A stretch of DNA of 29,116 bases, taken from the NCBI GenBank assembly GCA_033549025.1, contig JAWSUS010000031.1, positions 1 through 29,116 of the forward strand. The letters are read 5' to 3'. Positions 18,800 to 28,700 of the stretch are shown one piece after another (positions within the stretch are counted from its first letter, which is position 1; each line of letters opens with the position of its first letter). The notes below the pieces were generated by a model, which saw only the letters and a program-made list of their open reading frames with translations, searched no databases and was not told the DNA's origin. A program made the position numbers and the translations under genes. Source of the DNA: Desulfuromonadales bacterium (GTDB lineage: Bacteria > Desulfobacterota > Desulfuromonadia > Desulfuromonadales > SZUA-540).

Positions 18800-19101
18800 T
18801 TTACCTCAGCCGACGGGGCCGAAGGAGGCTCGGGCTCTGACGGCTTGCCCCCCGCCTGCGCGGTAACGAGCGCTTTACGGGCCTGGGCTGCTTCCCGCCG
18901 CAGGCGGATCATCTCCAAGGAGGCCACCAGCAGCCCCAGCAGAAAGCCCAGGGCGAAAATGAAGAGCACGATGAGAAACAAGGGGATTTCGGGGGTTTCA
19001 AAACCAATAAAGGCCACCTTGACCATCTGGGTGTTATTCAGGCTGAAAACGAAAAGGGCAACCAGAACCACAATCAGCAGAAAGATCTTGAAAGACTTCA
19101 C
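18796..19101 (-). CDS. LapA-family (DUF1049) small membrane protein
   Basis: Two hydrophobic helices flanking an N..V...F segment and PL motif, then a basic coiled tail. GTG start overlaps the HIT stop by 1 nt; GGAGG SD. Confidence 0.8.
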   Translation of the reverse strand: MKSFKIFLLIVVLVALFVFSLNNTQMVKVAFIGFETPEIPLFLIVLFIFALGFLLGLLVASLEMIRLRREAAQARKALVTAQAGGKPSEPEPPSAPSAEVN

Positions 19102-19586
19102 TACGCCCTCCTGTCAAAATGAACAGCCAGTTTCTCATAGGTCGCCTGGATGTGCTGGGGGATGACACGGACATCGGCAAAAACCGGCATGAAATTGGTA
19201 TCGCCGCTCCAACGCGGCACGATATGCATATGAAGGTGATCGGCAATACCGGCGCCGGCGATCTGGCCGAGGTTCATGCCGATATTAAACCCCTGCGGGC
19301 TGAAGCATTCGAGCAGCACGCCCCGGGCCATGACGACCAGCTGATGCATTTCGAGCGCCTCGGCATCGGTGAGATTTTCGAGACAACAGGTGTGGCGAAA
19401 AGGCGAAACCATCAGATGGCCATTGGTGTAAGGGAACTTGTTCATCATGATGAAGCAGTGTTCCCCCCGGTGCAGAACCAGGCGCTGTCGATCATTGGCG
19501 CGGTCCTCGTCCAGACAGAGAACACACCCCTGAGGTGTCTCGCCGTAAATATATTCCATACGCCAGGGTGCCCACAGCTTTTCCAT
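19101..19586 (-). CDS. HIT-family nucleotide hydrolase (Ap4A phosphorylase/FHIT-like)
   Basis: Motifs LWAPWRMEY, CxxC, NKFPYTNGHLMV, GFNIGMN and the histidine triad HLHMH followed by IVPRW. Confidence 0.92.
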   Translation of the reverse strand: MEKLWAPWRMEYIYGETPQGCVLCLDEDRANDRQRLVLHRGEHCFIMMNKFPYTNGHLMVSPFRHTCCLENLTDAEALEMHQLVVMARGVLLECFSPQGFNIGMNLGQIAGAGIADHLHMHIVPRWSGDTNFMPVFADVRVIPQHIQATYEKLAVHFDRRA

Positions 19587-19605
19587 ACGTTCCTCCCTTC
19601 AAGCC

Positions 19606-20097
19606 TTAGGTGATCGGCAGGATATGACCTTGAATGTTCTGCCCGAGTTCCAGAATGCCAACCGAGTGAAAAGGGGCTCGGCGACGATCAGTCGGGCTGC
19701 CGGGGTTAAACAGGAGCAGGCCGTCTCTACGGTGATTGGCCCAGTGGTGACTGTGGCCGTAAACCAGGCAATCGAGGGTTTCTCCCGCAAATTCGGCCAT
19801 CACCCGCTCTTCGAGGCCGTCGGGCGGCCCCCAGCCGTGGACGAGTCCGATGCGAAAGCCTCCTGCGGCGACGATCCTTTTAATCGGCACCCGGGCTTGC
19901 GGGGGGTCCATATTCCCTTGCACAAGATACAGGGGGATGCCGTCAAAGGCAATCAACGAATCGGGATGAACCACATCGCCGGCATGAAGAATCAGATCGA
20001 CCTCTCTGAACTCTCTGCCCTGCAACCGTTCCAAAAGGCTCATCCCGTCCTGGGGGCTGGTAAAATGGGTGTCAGACAAGACGCCAATTCGAAGCAT
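19606..20097 (-). CDS. YfcE/MJ0936-family metallophosphoesterase
   Basis: Motifs SDTH, HAGD, GNMD, HG, GHSH and NPGS. Confidence 0.92.
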   Translation of the reverse strand: MLRIGVLSDTHFTSPQDGMSLLERLQGREFREVDLILHAGDVVHPDSLIAFDGIPLYLVQGNMDPPQARVPIKRIVAAGGFRIGLVHGWGPPDGLEERVMAEFAGETLDCLVYGHSHHWANHRRDGLLLFNPGSPTDRRRAPFHSVGILELGQNIQGHILPIT

Positions 20098-20370
20098 AAA
20101 ACCTGTTCCCTGGAAAATTTGGTAATGAAATCTACATCTTTAGACACAAACCTGTCAGTCATTCTTACCTCTGCTCAACACAGCCTGTCAATTATATCGT
20201 ATCCCCGGGCGGCTACAGGGTCTTCATGCGGACAACTGGCCAAAAACAGCCAGGCAGGTTGTTTTTTGACGATACCGGCGGCGATGGCAAAAAACAAACA
20301 ACCATTCAACATTCCTTGACCCGGGCGTTTCGAGGTGTATTTTTGGTAGATGATCCGGTTGAAAACAATT

Positions 20371-20386
20371 TGGCACTGCCATTGCT
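20371..20386 (+). promoter_or_regulatory. sigma54 (-24/-12) promoter upstream of maeB
   Basis: TGGCAC-TGCCA-TTGCT is an exact match to TGGCAC-N5-TTGCW. Confidence 0.7.
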
Positions 20387-20450
20387 TAAAGACTGCACAC
20401 CATTTTTTTAAACACGGTTATTGTATAGGGCGGCAAGAGGCAGATTGCGC

Positions 20451-20479
20451 TTGACAAGCCCGCAGTGGCTGGCTATGGT
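20451..20479 (+). promoter_or_regulatory. sigma70 promoter upstream of maeB
   Basis: TTGACA-N17-TATGGT. Confidence 0.6.
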
Positions 20480-20622
20480 TCGTTTTAATCTTACTAAAGG
20501 CTTCAGCCATAAAATCCATGTGTTTTATTTAAGGATTTCAAGCAGGTAAGATAAGGGAAGCAATTCCACAAAAGGTATTTTTTAGCTAAACTAAAAAACC
20601 ATTTTACAGGAAGGAAAAAACC

Positions 20623-22884
20623 ATGTCCAAACGGCAAGACGCGCTGGATTACCACAGCACCGGCCGCAAAGGCAAGATCGAGGTCATCACCACGAAACCC
20701 TGCGCCACCAGTCGCGACCTTTCCCTCGCCTACAGCCCCGGGGTGGCAGAACCCTGCCTGGAGATTGAAAAAAACCCCAACGACGCCTACAAGTATACGG
20801 CCAAGGGGAACCTGGTCGCCGTCGTATCCAACGGAACGGCGGTTCTTGGTCTGGGAGACATCGGTGCCCTGGCCGGCAAGCCTGTCATGGAGGGGAAAGG
20901 CGTTCTCTTCAAGCGTTTTGCCGATGTTGACGTCTTCGACATCGAACTGGACACCAAAGATCCCGATGAAATCATTCGTACCGTCAAGCTGCTGGAACCG
21001 ACCTTCGGGGGCATCAACCTGGAGGACATCAAGGGACCTGAATGCTTCTATATCGAAGAAGAACTTCAGAAAATCATGAACATCCCGGTCTTTCACGATG
21101 ACCAGCACGGCACCGCCATCATCGCCAACGCCGGCCTGCTCAATGCCCTGGAAGTGATCGGCAAGAAAATCGAGGATGTGCGCATCGTGGTCAACGGCGC
21201 TGGCGCCGCCGGCATCGCCTGCGCCAACATGGCCCTTACCCTGGGTGCCACGAAAGAAAACTTGTACCTCTGTGACAGCAAGGGCGTCATCTACAAGGGA
21301 CGCACCAGCGGCATGAATGAATACAAGGAGCGCCTCGCCAACGATACCGAGATGCGCACCCTGGAAGAAGCCATGAATGGCGCCGACGTCTTTTTCGGTG
21401 TTTCCGTCAAAGGCGCCGTCACCAGCGAAATGGTGGCCTCTATGGCCAAGGATCCCATTATTTTCGCCATGGCCAACCCGGATCCTGAGATTACCCCGGA
21501 TGAAGCCAAGGCGGTGCGTGACGACGTCATCATCGGCACCGGGCGCAGCGACTACAACAACCAGGTCAACAACGTCCTCTGCTTCCCCTTCCTCTTTCGC
21601 GGGGCTCTGGACACCCATGCCAGCGCCATCAACGCCGAGATGAAAATGGCGGCCGTCAAGGCGCTGGCCGGCCTGGCCAAACAGGACGTTCCTGATTCGG
21701 TGCGCAAAGCCTACGGCAACGTCGAAATCAAATTCGGCCGCGAGTACCTCATCCCCAAACCTTTCGATCCCCGCGTGCTGCTGCATGTGGCGCCCGCCGT
21801 CGCCAAGGCGGCCATGGACAGCGGCGTCGCCCGTCGCCCCATTGAAAGCATGGAGCGCTATCGCGAATCCCTTGAGGCCCTGCAGGGACGCTCCAAGGAA
21901 ATCATGCGTGCGCTCATCAACAAAGCCAAAGCCAATCCGAAGCGCATCGTCTTTCCCGAAGGCGAAGACGAAAAAGTGCTGCGTGCCGCCCAGATCCTTC
22001 TGGATGAGTGCATCGCCATCCCTATCCTGCTCGGCTTCAAGGATGAGATCGACGCCAAAATCAAGGAACTCGGACTCGATCTCGGCAACATTGAAATCAT
22101 CAACACCATGCGTTCGGAAAAGTCGGACGAATACACCGAAATGCTCTTCCAGGATCGCCAGCGCAAAGGGGTCACCCTGGCGGAGGCTTCGCGCCTGATC
22201 AAGAAAAACCGCAACTACTATGGCGCCATGATGGTCAAAAATGGTGACGCGGACGCTCTTCTTTCCGGCGTCAGCCATCACTACCCCGATGTCATCCGCC
22301 CCGCCCTGGAAGTGATCGGCAAGCAAGATGGCCTATCGAAGGTTCATGGCCTCTACATGATGGTTTTCAAAAAAGACGTTGTCTTCTGCGCCGACACCAC
22401 GGTCACCATCGAACCGACCGCCGAGGAACTGGCGGAAACGGCCATTTTGACGGCGCACAAGGCCCGCTACTTTGAAGTCGAGCCGCGCATCGCCATGCTT
22501 TCTTTCTCCAACTTCGGCAGCACCGAACATCCCCTTTCCCTCAAAGTGAAACGGGCCACCGCTCTGGTGCAGGAATGGGCTCCGGACCTGGTCATTGACG
22601 GGGAAATCCAGGCAAACGTCGCGCTCGATCCCGACCTCGTGGCCCGCCAGTATCCTTTCTCCAAGCTCAAGGGCAATGCCAACGTCATGATCTTCCCCGA
22701 TCTGCAGTCCGGCAATATCGCCTACAAGCTGTTGGCCAAACTCGGTGGCGCCGAAGCAGTCGGCCCCATCCTCATGGGCATGAAAAAGCCCGTGCACGTC
22801 CTGCAGCGCGGTGATGATGTAGCGGATATCGTCAACATGGCTGCCGTCGCCGTGGTTGACGCCCAGGAAGCTTCGGCCTCCTGA
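20623..22884 (+). CDS. maeB: NADP-dependent malic enzyme with C-terminal phosphotransacetylase-like domain
   Basis: Motifs [36 protein letters not shown] and [14 protein letters not shown] domain RIVFPEGE...GNIAYKL. 753 aa. Confidence 0.96.
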   Translation: MSKRQDALDYHSTGRKGKIEVITTKPCATSRDLSLAYSPGVAEPCLEIEKNPNDAYKYTAKGNLVAVVSNGTAVLGLGDIGALAGKPVMEGKGVLFKRFADVDVFDIELDTKDPDEIIRTVKLLEPTFGGINLEDIKGPECFYIEEELQKIMNIPVFHDDQHGTAIIANAGLLNALEVIGKKIEDVRIVVNGAGAAGIACANMALTLGATKENLYLCDSKGVIYKGRTSGMNEYKERLANDTEMRTLEEAMNGADVFFGVSVKGAVTSEMVASMAKDPIIFAMANPDPEITPDEAKAVRDDVIIGTGRSDYNNQVNNVLCFPFLFRGALDTHASAINAEMKMAAVKALAGLAKQDVPDSVRKAYGNVEIKFGREYLIPKPFDPRVLLHVAPAVAKAAMDSGVARRPIESMERYRESLEALQGRSKEIMRALINKAKANPKRIVFPEGEDEKVLRAAQILLDECIAIPILLGFKDEIDAKIKELGLDLGNIEIINTMRSEKSDEYTEMLFQDRQRKGVTLAEASRLIKKNRNYYGAMMVKNGDADALLSGVSHHYPDVIRPALEVIGKQDGLSKVHGLYMMVFKKDVVFCADTTVTIEPTAEELAETAILTAHKARYFEVEPRIAMLSFSNFGSTEHPLSLKVKRATALVQEWAPDLVIDGEIQANVALDPDLVARQYPFSKLKGNANVMIFPDLQSGNIAYKLLAKLGGAEAVGPILMGMKKPVHVLQRGDDVADIVNMAAVAVVDAQEASAS

Positions 22885-22912
22885 CCCAGGCAACACCATC
22901 GGTAAAGCACAG

Positions 22913-22941
22913 AAGGAGGGGCGGATTGCCCCTCCTTTTTT
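22913..22941 (+). terminator. intrinsic terminator after maeB
   Basis: AAGGAGGGGC-ggatt-GCCCCTCCTT followed by a T run. Confidence 0.85.
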
Positions 22942-23011
22942 CTTCTTCTCTTCCCTCCGACCATTGATCCTGCTAAGATACTCCGACTTTTTTTAAACGG
23001 AGAGATGAAAC

Positions 23012-24400
23012 ATGCGCTACCTGAGCACCCGCGGCAAAGTCCGCAACCTGACGTTCAAAGATGCCGTCATGATGGGGCTGGCTGACGACGGCGGCCTTCT
23101 GCTGCCTGAATCGATCCCGGCGCTGACCCCGGGAGATATCGCCGCTTTTTCCAAACTGGCCTATCCTGAACTCGCTTTTCAGATTTTGTCCCGCTTCGTC
23201 GGTGACATTCCGGCCGCTGACCTCAAGGATCTTATCGACCGCTCGTACCAGAGCTTCACCCACCCGGAGGTGACGCCCGTCGTTCACAAGGACGGCGTCT
23301 ATATCCTCGAACTCTTCCATGGGCCGACCCTGGCCTTTAAGGATGTCGCCTTGCAGTTTCTCGGCAATCTGTTCGAGTACCTGCTCAAAGAGCGTGGCCA
23401 GAAGATGAACATCCTGGGAGCGACCTCCGGCGACACGGGCAGCGCCGCCATTTACGGTGTGCGCGGCAAAGAGAACATCAACATCTTCATCCTGCACCCT
23501 CACGGCAAGGTTTCCCCCATCCAGGAACTGCAGATGACCACGGTGGTCGATCCCAACGTCTTCAACCTGGCCATTCGCGGCACCTTCGACGATGGTCAGC
23601 GTATCGTCAAGGAAGCCTTCGGCGATCTGGCCTTTAAGGAAAAGTATTCCCTCGGTGCGGTAAACTCCATCAACTGGGCGCGCGTGCTGGCGCAGGTCGT
23701 CTACTATTTCTACGCCTGGGGCCGCGTTTCGGCGGAGACAGGGTGCCAGGAGATCTACTTCAGCGTGCCCACCGGCAATTTCGGGGATATCTTCGCCGGC
23801 TACATCGCCCGTCGCATGGGTCTTCCCATCCGGCGCCTGATTCTGGCCACCAACGAAAACAATATCCTCTGCCGTTTCGTCCGCGACGGCGACTACAGCG
23901 TTGGAGCGGTCGCCCAGACCTATTCCCCCTCCATGGACATCCAATTGGCCAGCAATTTCGAGCGCTACCTTTTCTACCTCTACGAGCAGGACAGCAGCCG
24001 CGTGGCTGAGGCCATGGAAACCTTGCAAAAGACCGGCCGCCTGGCCTTCAGTGACGCCGAGCGTGAGCAGGTGTCCAACGATTTTCTGGCCTTGACGGTG
24101 GATGGCGACGACACCCTGGGCACGATTCGCGACTTCCATCGGGCCACGGGCTACACTCTCGACCCGCACACCGCCGTCGGAGTGAAGGCCGGACGGGAAC
24201 TGGCCGGAGGAGACTATCCCGTCGTCTGCCTGGCCACGGCTCACCCGGCCAAGTTTGGCGAGGCCGTACAAAAAAGCATCGGCAGCGACCCTGATCGGCC
24301 GGCCTCACTGGAAGGGATCGAATCCCGCGAGAAGCGCTGCGTCGTCCTTGATGCGGACGCCAAAGCCGTCAAGGATTTTCTGCAGGAGCACGCCATCTAA
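23012..24400 (+). CDS. thrC: threonine synthase
   Basis: Motifs MRYLSTRG, PLP-lysine ELFHGPTLAFKD, ATSGDTGSAA, NSINWAR, VPTGNFG, DPHTA and TAHPAKF. Confidence 0.96.
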   Translation: MRYLSTRGKVRNLTFKDAVMMGLADDGGLLLPESIPALTPGDIAAFSKLAYPELAFQILSRFVGDIPAADLKDLIDRSYQSFTHPEVTPVVHKDGVYILELFHGPTLAFKDVALQFLGNLFEYLLKERGQKMNILGATSGDTGSAAIYGVRGKENINIFILHPHGKVSPIQELQMTTVVDPNVFNLAIRGTFDDGQRIVKEAFGDLAFKEKYSLGAVNSINWARVLAQVVYYFYAWGRVSAETGCQEIYFSVPTGNFGDIFAGYIARRMGLPIRRLILATNENNILCRFVRDGDYSVGAVAQTYSPSMDIQLASNFERYLFYLYEQDSSRVAEAMETLQKTGRLAFSDAEREQVSNDFLALTVDGDDTLGTIRDFHRATGYTLDPHTAVGVKAGRELAGGDYPVVCLATAHPAKFGEAVQKSIGSDPDRPASLEGIESREKRCVVLDADAKAVKDFLQEHAI

Positions 24401-24437
24401 AGGGCATCGCCCTTTTCTTCAACTGCCTGAACGCAAC

Positions 24438-24469
24438 AACGCCCCTGGCCAATCATGACCAGGGGCGTT
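24438..24469. terminator. hairpin terminator between convergent thrC and glnA
   Basis: AACGCCCCTGG-N10-CCAGGGGCGTT (11-bp stem). A second small hairpin, AAAGGGC-atc-GCCCTTT, sits at 24399-24415. Confidence 0.7.
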
Positions 24470-24495
24470 ACTGTTTTCAATCTAACCGTTCGACC

Positions 24496-25905
24496 TTAGC
24501 AGTCGTAATAGAGGGCGAACTCGAGAGGCACAGGTCGCATGCGAACCGGGTTGACCTCTGCCTCGGTTTTGTACTCGATCCACTTTTCGATGACATCCTC
24601 GGTGAAGACGTCCCCTTTCAGCAGGAAGGCATGATCCTCTCTGAGGCAACGCAATGCCTCTTCGAGGGTGCCGGCGACATTGGGGATATCCTTGAGCTCT
24701 TCCGGTGAAAGGCCGTAGATATCCTTGTCAAGAGGATCGCCCGGGTCGATCTTGTTTTCGATACCGTCGAGACCGGCCATCAGCATGGCCGAAAAGGCCA
24801 GGTAGCCATTGCAGGACGGGTCGGGGGTACGATACTCGATGCGCTTCGACTTGGGATTGCTGGTTACAGGAATCCGCAGTGAAGCCGAACGGTTGCGGTT
24901 GGAGTAAGCCAGATTGACCGGCGCCTCGTAACCCGGAACCAGACGTTTGTAGGAGTTGGTGCTGGGGTTGGTGAAAGCGCACAGGGCCTTGGCATGTTTC
25001 ATAATGCCGCCGAGGTAATACATGGCCATTTTGGAGAGGCCACCGTAGCCGTCGCCGGCAAAGAGATTGACGCCATCTTTCCACAGGGACTGATGGCAGT
25101 GCATTCCCGAACCGTTGTCGCCAAAAATCGGCTTGGGCATGAAGGTGACGGTCTTGCCGTTGCGGTAGGCGACGTTCTTGATGATGTACTTGAACCACTG
25201 CAGGGTGTCGCCCATGTGCAGCAGGGAGTCGAAACGCATATCGATTTCGCACTGTCCGCCGGAAGCCACTTCGTGGTGGGAGGCCTCGATGCGCATGCCG
25301 ACGCGCTGCAGAACCTGCACCATTTCGTTGCGCAGATCGATGAGGGAGTCGGTAGGCGCTACCGGGAAATAACCGCCTTTGTGGGCAGGCTTGTAGCCCA
25401 GGTTAGGATACTCTTCACGGCCCGTGTTCCAGGCGCCCTCGATGGAATCGACACAATAGAAGGCCTGGTTCGCGGTGGAAGAGAAACGCACATCGTCAAA
25501 AACGAAGAACTCGGGCTCGGGGCCGAAATAGGCCGTGTCGGCAATCCCCGTCGACTTCAGGTAAGCTTCCGCTTTGCGGGCGATGAAACGGGGATCGCGG
25601 GAGTAACCTTCTTTGGTGATGGGGTCATAGATGTTGCAGATGATGCTCAGCGTCGGGATTTCGGGAAACGGGTCGATCTTGGCTGTGGTCGGATCGGGGA
25701 TCAGGGTCATGTCACTGTTATGGATCGGCTGCCAGCCACGAATCGACGACCCGTCAAAACCAAGACCTTCTTCGAAAACATCCTCGCTGAACTCGCTGAT
25801 CGGGGTCGTGAAGTGCTGCCAGATCCCCACGAAATCGAGGAATTTGTAATCGACCATTTCAACTTTGTTCTCTGTCGCGAACGCGACAACTTCTCTCGGC
25901 GTCAT
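24496..25905 (-). CDS. glnA: glutamine synthetase type I (GSI-beta)
   Basis: Motifs [41 protein letters not shown] and RIEYR; adenylylation-site Tyr in DKDIY. Confidence 0.97.
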   Translation of the reverse strand: MTPREVVAFATENKVEMVDYKFLDFVGIWQHFTTPISEFSEDVFEEGLGFDGSSIRGWQPIHNSDMTLIPDPTTAKIDPFPEIPTLSIICNIYDPITKEGYSRDPRFIARKAEAYLKSTGIADTAYFGPEPEFFVFDDVRFSSTANQAFYCVDSIEGAWNTGREEYPNLGYKPAHKGGYFPVAPTDSLIDLRNEMVQVLQRVGMRIEASHHEVASGGQCEIDMRFDSLLHMGDTLQWFKYIIKNVAYRNGKTVTFMPKPIFGDNGSGMHCHQSLWKDGVNLFAGDGYGGLSKMAMYYLGGIMKHAKALCAFTNPSTNSYKRLVPGYEAPVNLAYSNRNRSASLRIPVTSNPKSKRIEYRTPDPSCNGYLAFSAMLMAGLDGIENKIDPGDPLDKDIYGLSPEELKDIPNVAGTLEEALRCLREDHAFLLKGDVFTEDVIEKWIEYKTEAEVNPVRMRPVPLEFALYYDC

Positions 25906-25977
25906 CCTAAATCTCCTTTGACGGGTGTTTTGCGTTCAACCAGCAAATAATAGGGTTCGTGGAACCGGAAAAATAAT

Positions 25978-26334
<357 letters not shown>

Positions 26335-26403
26335 TTATGTGGCCCGGCCGGGCCAGTAAGTCACGGCTGCCGGTATCAGCACAACCGGCTTGCCTCAAAA
26401 CAA

Positions 26404-26421
26404 TAGCAAATTGCCTGCCTA
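26404..26421 (-). promoter_or_regulatory. sigma54 promoter of glnB-glnA
   Basis: Minus strand TAGGCAGGCAATTTGCTA: GG-N10-GC with a TTGCT -12 element. Fits the known sigma54 control of nitrogen genes. Confidence 0.65.
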
Positions 26422-26549
26422 ATTCCATCAGAACCAAATAAATTTTCAACACATTGAAATATCTTGGTTTTTTCTACCTGGACAAAACGGGGTCGCCAGA
26501 CTGCCTTCGGGTGCTGGCAATCTTTTAATCATCCCCTGCTACCAACTGC

Positions 26550-27143
26550 TCAATTATTGCACAACTCATTCAGCAGATCCGGAAAACTGTCGCCGGCGCA
26601 AAAAGCGATGGGGCGATCCAGGTCGATGGGCCGGCGTCGCAGCCAGTCCTTGAACAAGGCCCATTCCTCTTCGAAATTGGGGGTGAAAATCCCCTGGCCC
26701 AAGGCCACCTCGATTTCGGCGGGAGACCAGAAACGCACCTCTTCGATCTCGTCCGGGGGGAAAGTCAGGTCGCCATCGTAGCGGGCCAGATAGGTCGCCA
26801 CGTTTTCCGATTCGATGTCGTTGCGAATTTTCGAGGGATAGAGATACGTCAAGGGGATACTCGTAATACCGAGCTCCTCGGCCATTTCACGGCGGGCGGC
26901 TTCATGGTAACTCTCGCCGGGGTCGAGATGACCACCGACACTGGTGTCCCACTTGCCGGGCTGAATATCCTTGGTTTGGGCTCTTTTCTGCAACAGCAGA
27001 CAGCCATCGCGGTTGAACACGAGCACATGGGCGACCCGGTGGACCAAGCTCGGGTCGCCATGGCAGAGTGAACGCGGCGCCTGACCGATCACCTGATCGT
27101 TCTCGTCCACAATATCGAATATTTCGCTCTTTTTTTCAGCCAC
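26550..27143 (-). CDS. Nudix hydrolase (YfcD/IDI-like)
   Basis: Nudix box GGHLDPGESYHEAARREMAEELG, plus DIVDEND, HRVAHV and LLQKR..K...PG.WD. Confidence 0.9.
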   Translation of the reverse strand: MAEKKSEIFDIVDENDQVIGQAPRSLCHGDPSLVHRVAHVLVFNRDGCLLLQKRAQTKDIQPGKWDTSVGGHLDPGESYHEAARREMAEELGITSIPLTYLYPSKIRNDIESENVATYLARYDGDLTFPPDEIEEVRFWSPAEIEVALGQGIFTPNFEEEWALFKDWLRRRPIDLDRPIAFCAGDSFPDLLNELCNN

Positions 27144-27160
27144 AAGCCCTCCCCTGCCCC

Positions 27161-27691
27161 TTACTTGCGGTCAAAGAAAGGACTCTTGCCGGAAACGGAC
27201 AGGGGAATGCCGTAAGCGATGGCGACTTCAGGCCCCAGAAGCTTCATCTCGACCGCCGCCTTGCCGGCCGAATACATGATGCGGTTGTCGATGCGCATAT
27301 CGGCCGCCCGGCTTACGGCTGAACCGACGGCAATACCGAGGTCACCGCTGTTGAAGGAGCAGGTTCCGCCCGCCTTGACCATGGTGGCACAGTCGGCAAA
27401 ACCACAAAAACCGCAATGCGGCAGGCCCATAGCCTCCTTGCGGGTGCCCAGCAGGACCAGCACGGGGGACTGTTCGAGATTGCCCGCATCTCGCGCGAAA
27501 AACGAGATGGAATCGCGTTCGGCTATCTCGACCATTTTGCGCTGCAGGGCATCCTTTTCCTCTCCCGTGAGAATCGCCGAGACCAGCAGATCCTTGCCCC
27601 TTCCCTTGGGTGCCGTCCGGGCGGCGATGCAGATCATCCGGGCCGCCTCCAAAATCCCCTTCTCTTCCGCTTCTTTGTTCATCATCAACAT
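27161..27691 (-). CDS. DUF2148-like ferredoxin-domain protein
   Basis: Motifs ARTAPKGRG, CGFCGFADC...C, DLGIAVGSA, DNRIMYSAG and C-terminal SGKSPFFDR. AGGAGA SD. Confidence 0.85.
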   Translation of the reverse strand: MLMMNKEAEEKGILEAARMICIAARTAPKGRGKDLLVSAILTGEEKDALQRKMVEIAERDSISFFARDAGNLEQSPVLVLLGTRKEAMGLPHCGFCGFADCATMVKAGGTCSFNSGDLGIAVGSAVSRAADMRIDNRIMYSAGKAAVEMKLLGPEVAIAYGIPLSVSGKSPFFDRK

Positions 27692-28386
27692 GGTGATTCT
27701 CCTGTTCGCATGGTCTTGGTCAGAATGCGCCCCGTTCCATGGCGCTCATCAGTGCTGGCGGCACCTGCGGCCGACTCCAGAAACTGGGACACCTTCTTGA
27801 TCTTGACTTTCTCCAGCGCCTGCATGAGGGAAAAAGGCACCTGCCCGAGCCCGCAACGGCCACGAACCTCCTCGGTCATCCCCAACCAGAGATGGGCGGT
27901 CATCTCGGCGTCCGCGAGGGCGCAATGGAAATTTCCCTTAACGGGCAAGTTTCGATAATGAACCAGGGTGGCCAGTTTGTGATTGGGAGCTTCGGGATAG
28001 AGCCGACGCGCGACCAGCAGAGAACAGGCATATTCGGCCGGCAGGGGCAGTGCGGCCCGCCTGAATTCACTCTCCAGAAAACGCCGGTCAAAAGAGGCAT
28101 TATGCGCCACCAGCGGACTGTTTGCCAAAAAACGCTGGAACTGGCGCATGACCAGGGCAGGCTCGGGGGCATCCAGCAGCATGGCGTTGGTGATACCGGT
28201 GTAGTCCTCAATAAAAGGACTGACCCGCTGGCCCGGGGACATGAGACTTTGGAACCGATCGACTATGCGGTCACCCTCAATCCGCACGGCGCCGATTTCG
28301 ATGGCCCGGTCTCCACGATCCGGCGCCATACCCGTTGTTTCAAAATCGAGTACCACCACCGAAGGATTTTCAAAAAATACGCTCAT
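27685..28386 (-). CDS. DEDDh 3'-5' exonuclease (Pol III epsilon-like, stand-alone)
   Basis: ExoI LDFETTG, ExoII AHNASFD and ExoIII HCALAD motifs. Confidence 0.9.
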   Translation of the reverse strand: MSVFFENPSVVVLDFETTGMAPDRGDRAIEIGAVRIEGDRIVDRFQSLMSPGQRVSPFIEDYTGITNAMLLDAPEPALVMRQFQRFLANSPLVAHNASFDRRFLESEFRRAALPLPAEYACSLLVARRLYPEAPNHKLATLVHYRNLPVKGNFHCALADAEMTAHLWLGMTEEVRGRCGLGQVPFSLMQALEKVKIKKVSQFLESAAGAASTDERHGTGRILTKTMRTGESPC

Positions 28387-28534
28387 CGTTTCTTCCTATT
28401 TCGCTTCCAGAAAGCACCAACCCAAACAAATGCCTCCGTTAGGTTTTACCTGATTGGGCGCCAAGATTCCACCCCTGACTCCCAACGCCGCTATTTTTAT
28501 CACTCAACGGGGCAAGTGACCTTTTTTGCCCACG

Positions 28535-28606
28535 ACTGTATCCAATAGATACACAAAAATCCGCTCAAAAAGGGGGTTTAGGCCAACTGTTCCCATTGGA
28601 TACACA
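28535..28606. repeat. two copies of a 21-bp element with a 17-bp palindromic core; probable activator binding sites
   Basis: ACTGTATCCAATAGATACACA (28535-28555) and ACTGTTCCCATTGGATACACA (28586-28606) match at 17/21 positions, offset by 51 bp. Confidence 0.75.
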
Positions 28607-28700
28607 TAGATCTATGAAAGACTGCCCCTTCAGGGCACACAATCCAGCATCCTCAAAACTCAACACGAAATAGACGTTTGTTTTCAAGCATTTAAAAAAG

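Noticed and set aside
20226..20411. 61-aa ORF in the yfcE-maeB intergenic region
   Set aside because: It has no SD, crosses the promoter elements and shows no coding features.
20503..24271. Long minus-strand ORFs (607 aa and 432 aa) opposite maeB and thrC, and similar shadows opposite the oxidoreductase, apgM, xerD, MCP and glnA genes
   Set aside because: These are antisense shadows of well-supported genes, with no domain signatures.
28535..28606. The two 21-bp repeats with a 30-bp gap as a minimal CRISPR array
   Set aside because: There are only two copies with 4 mismatches and no cas genes, and their position relative to a sigma54 box fits activator sites better.
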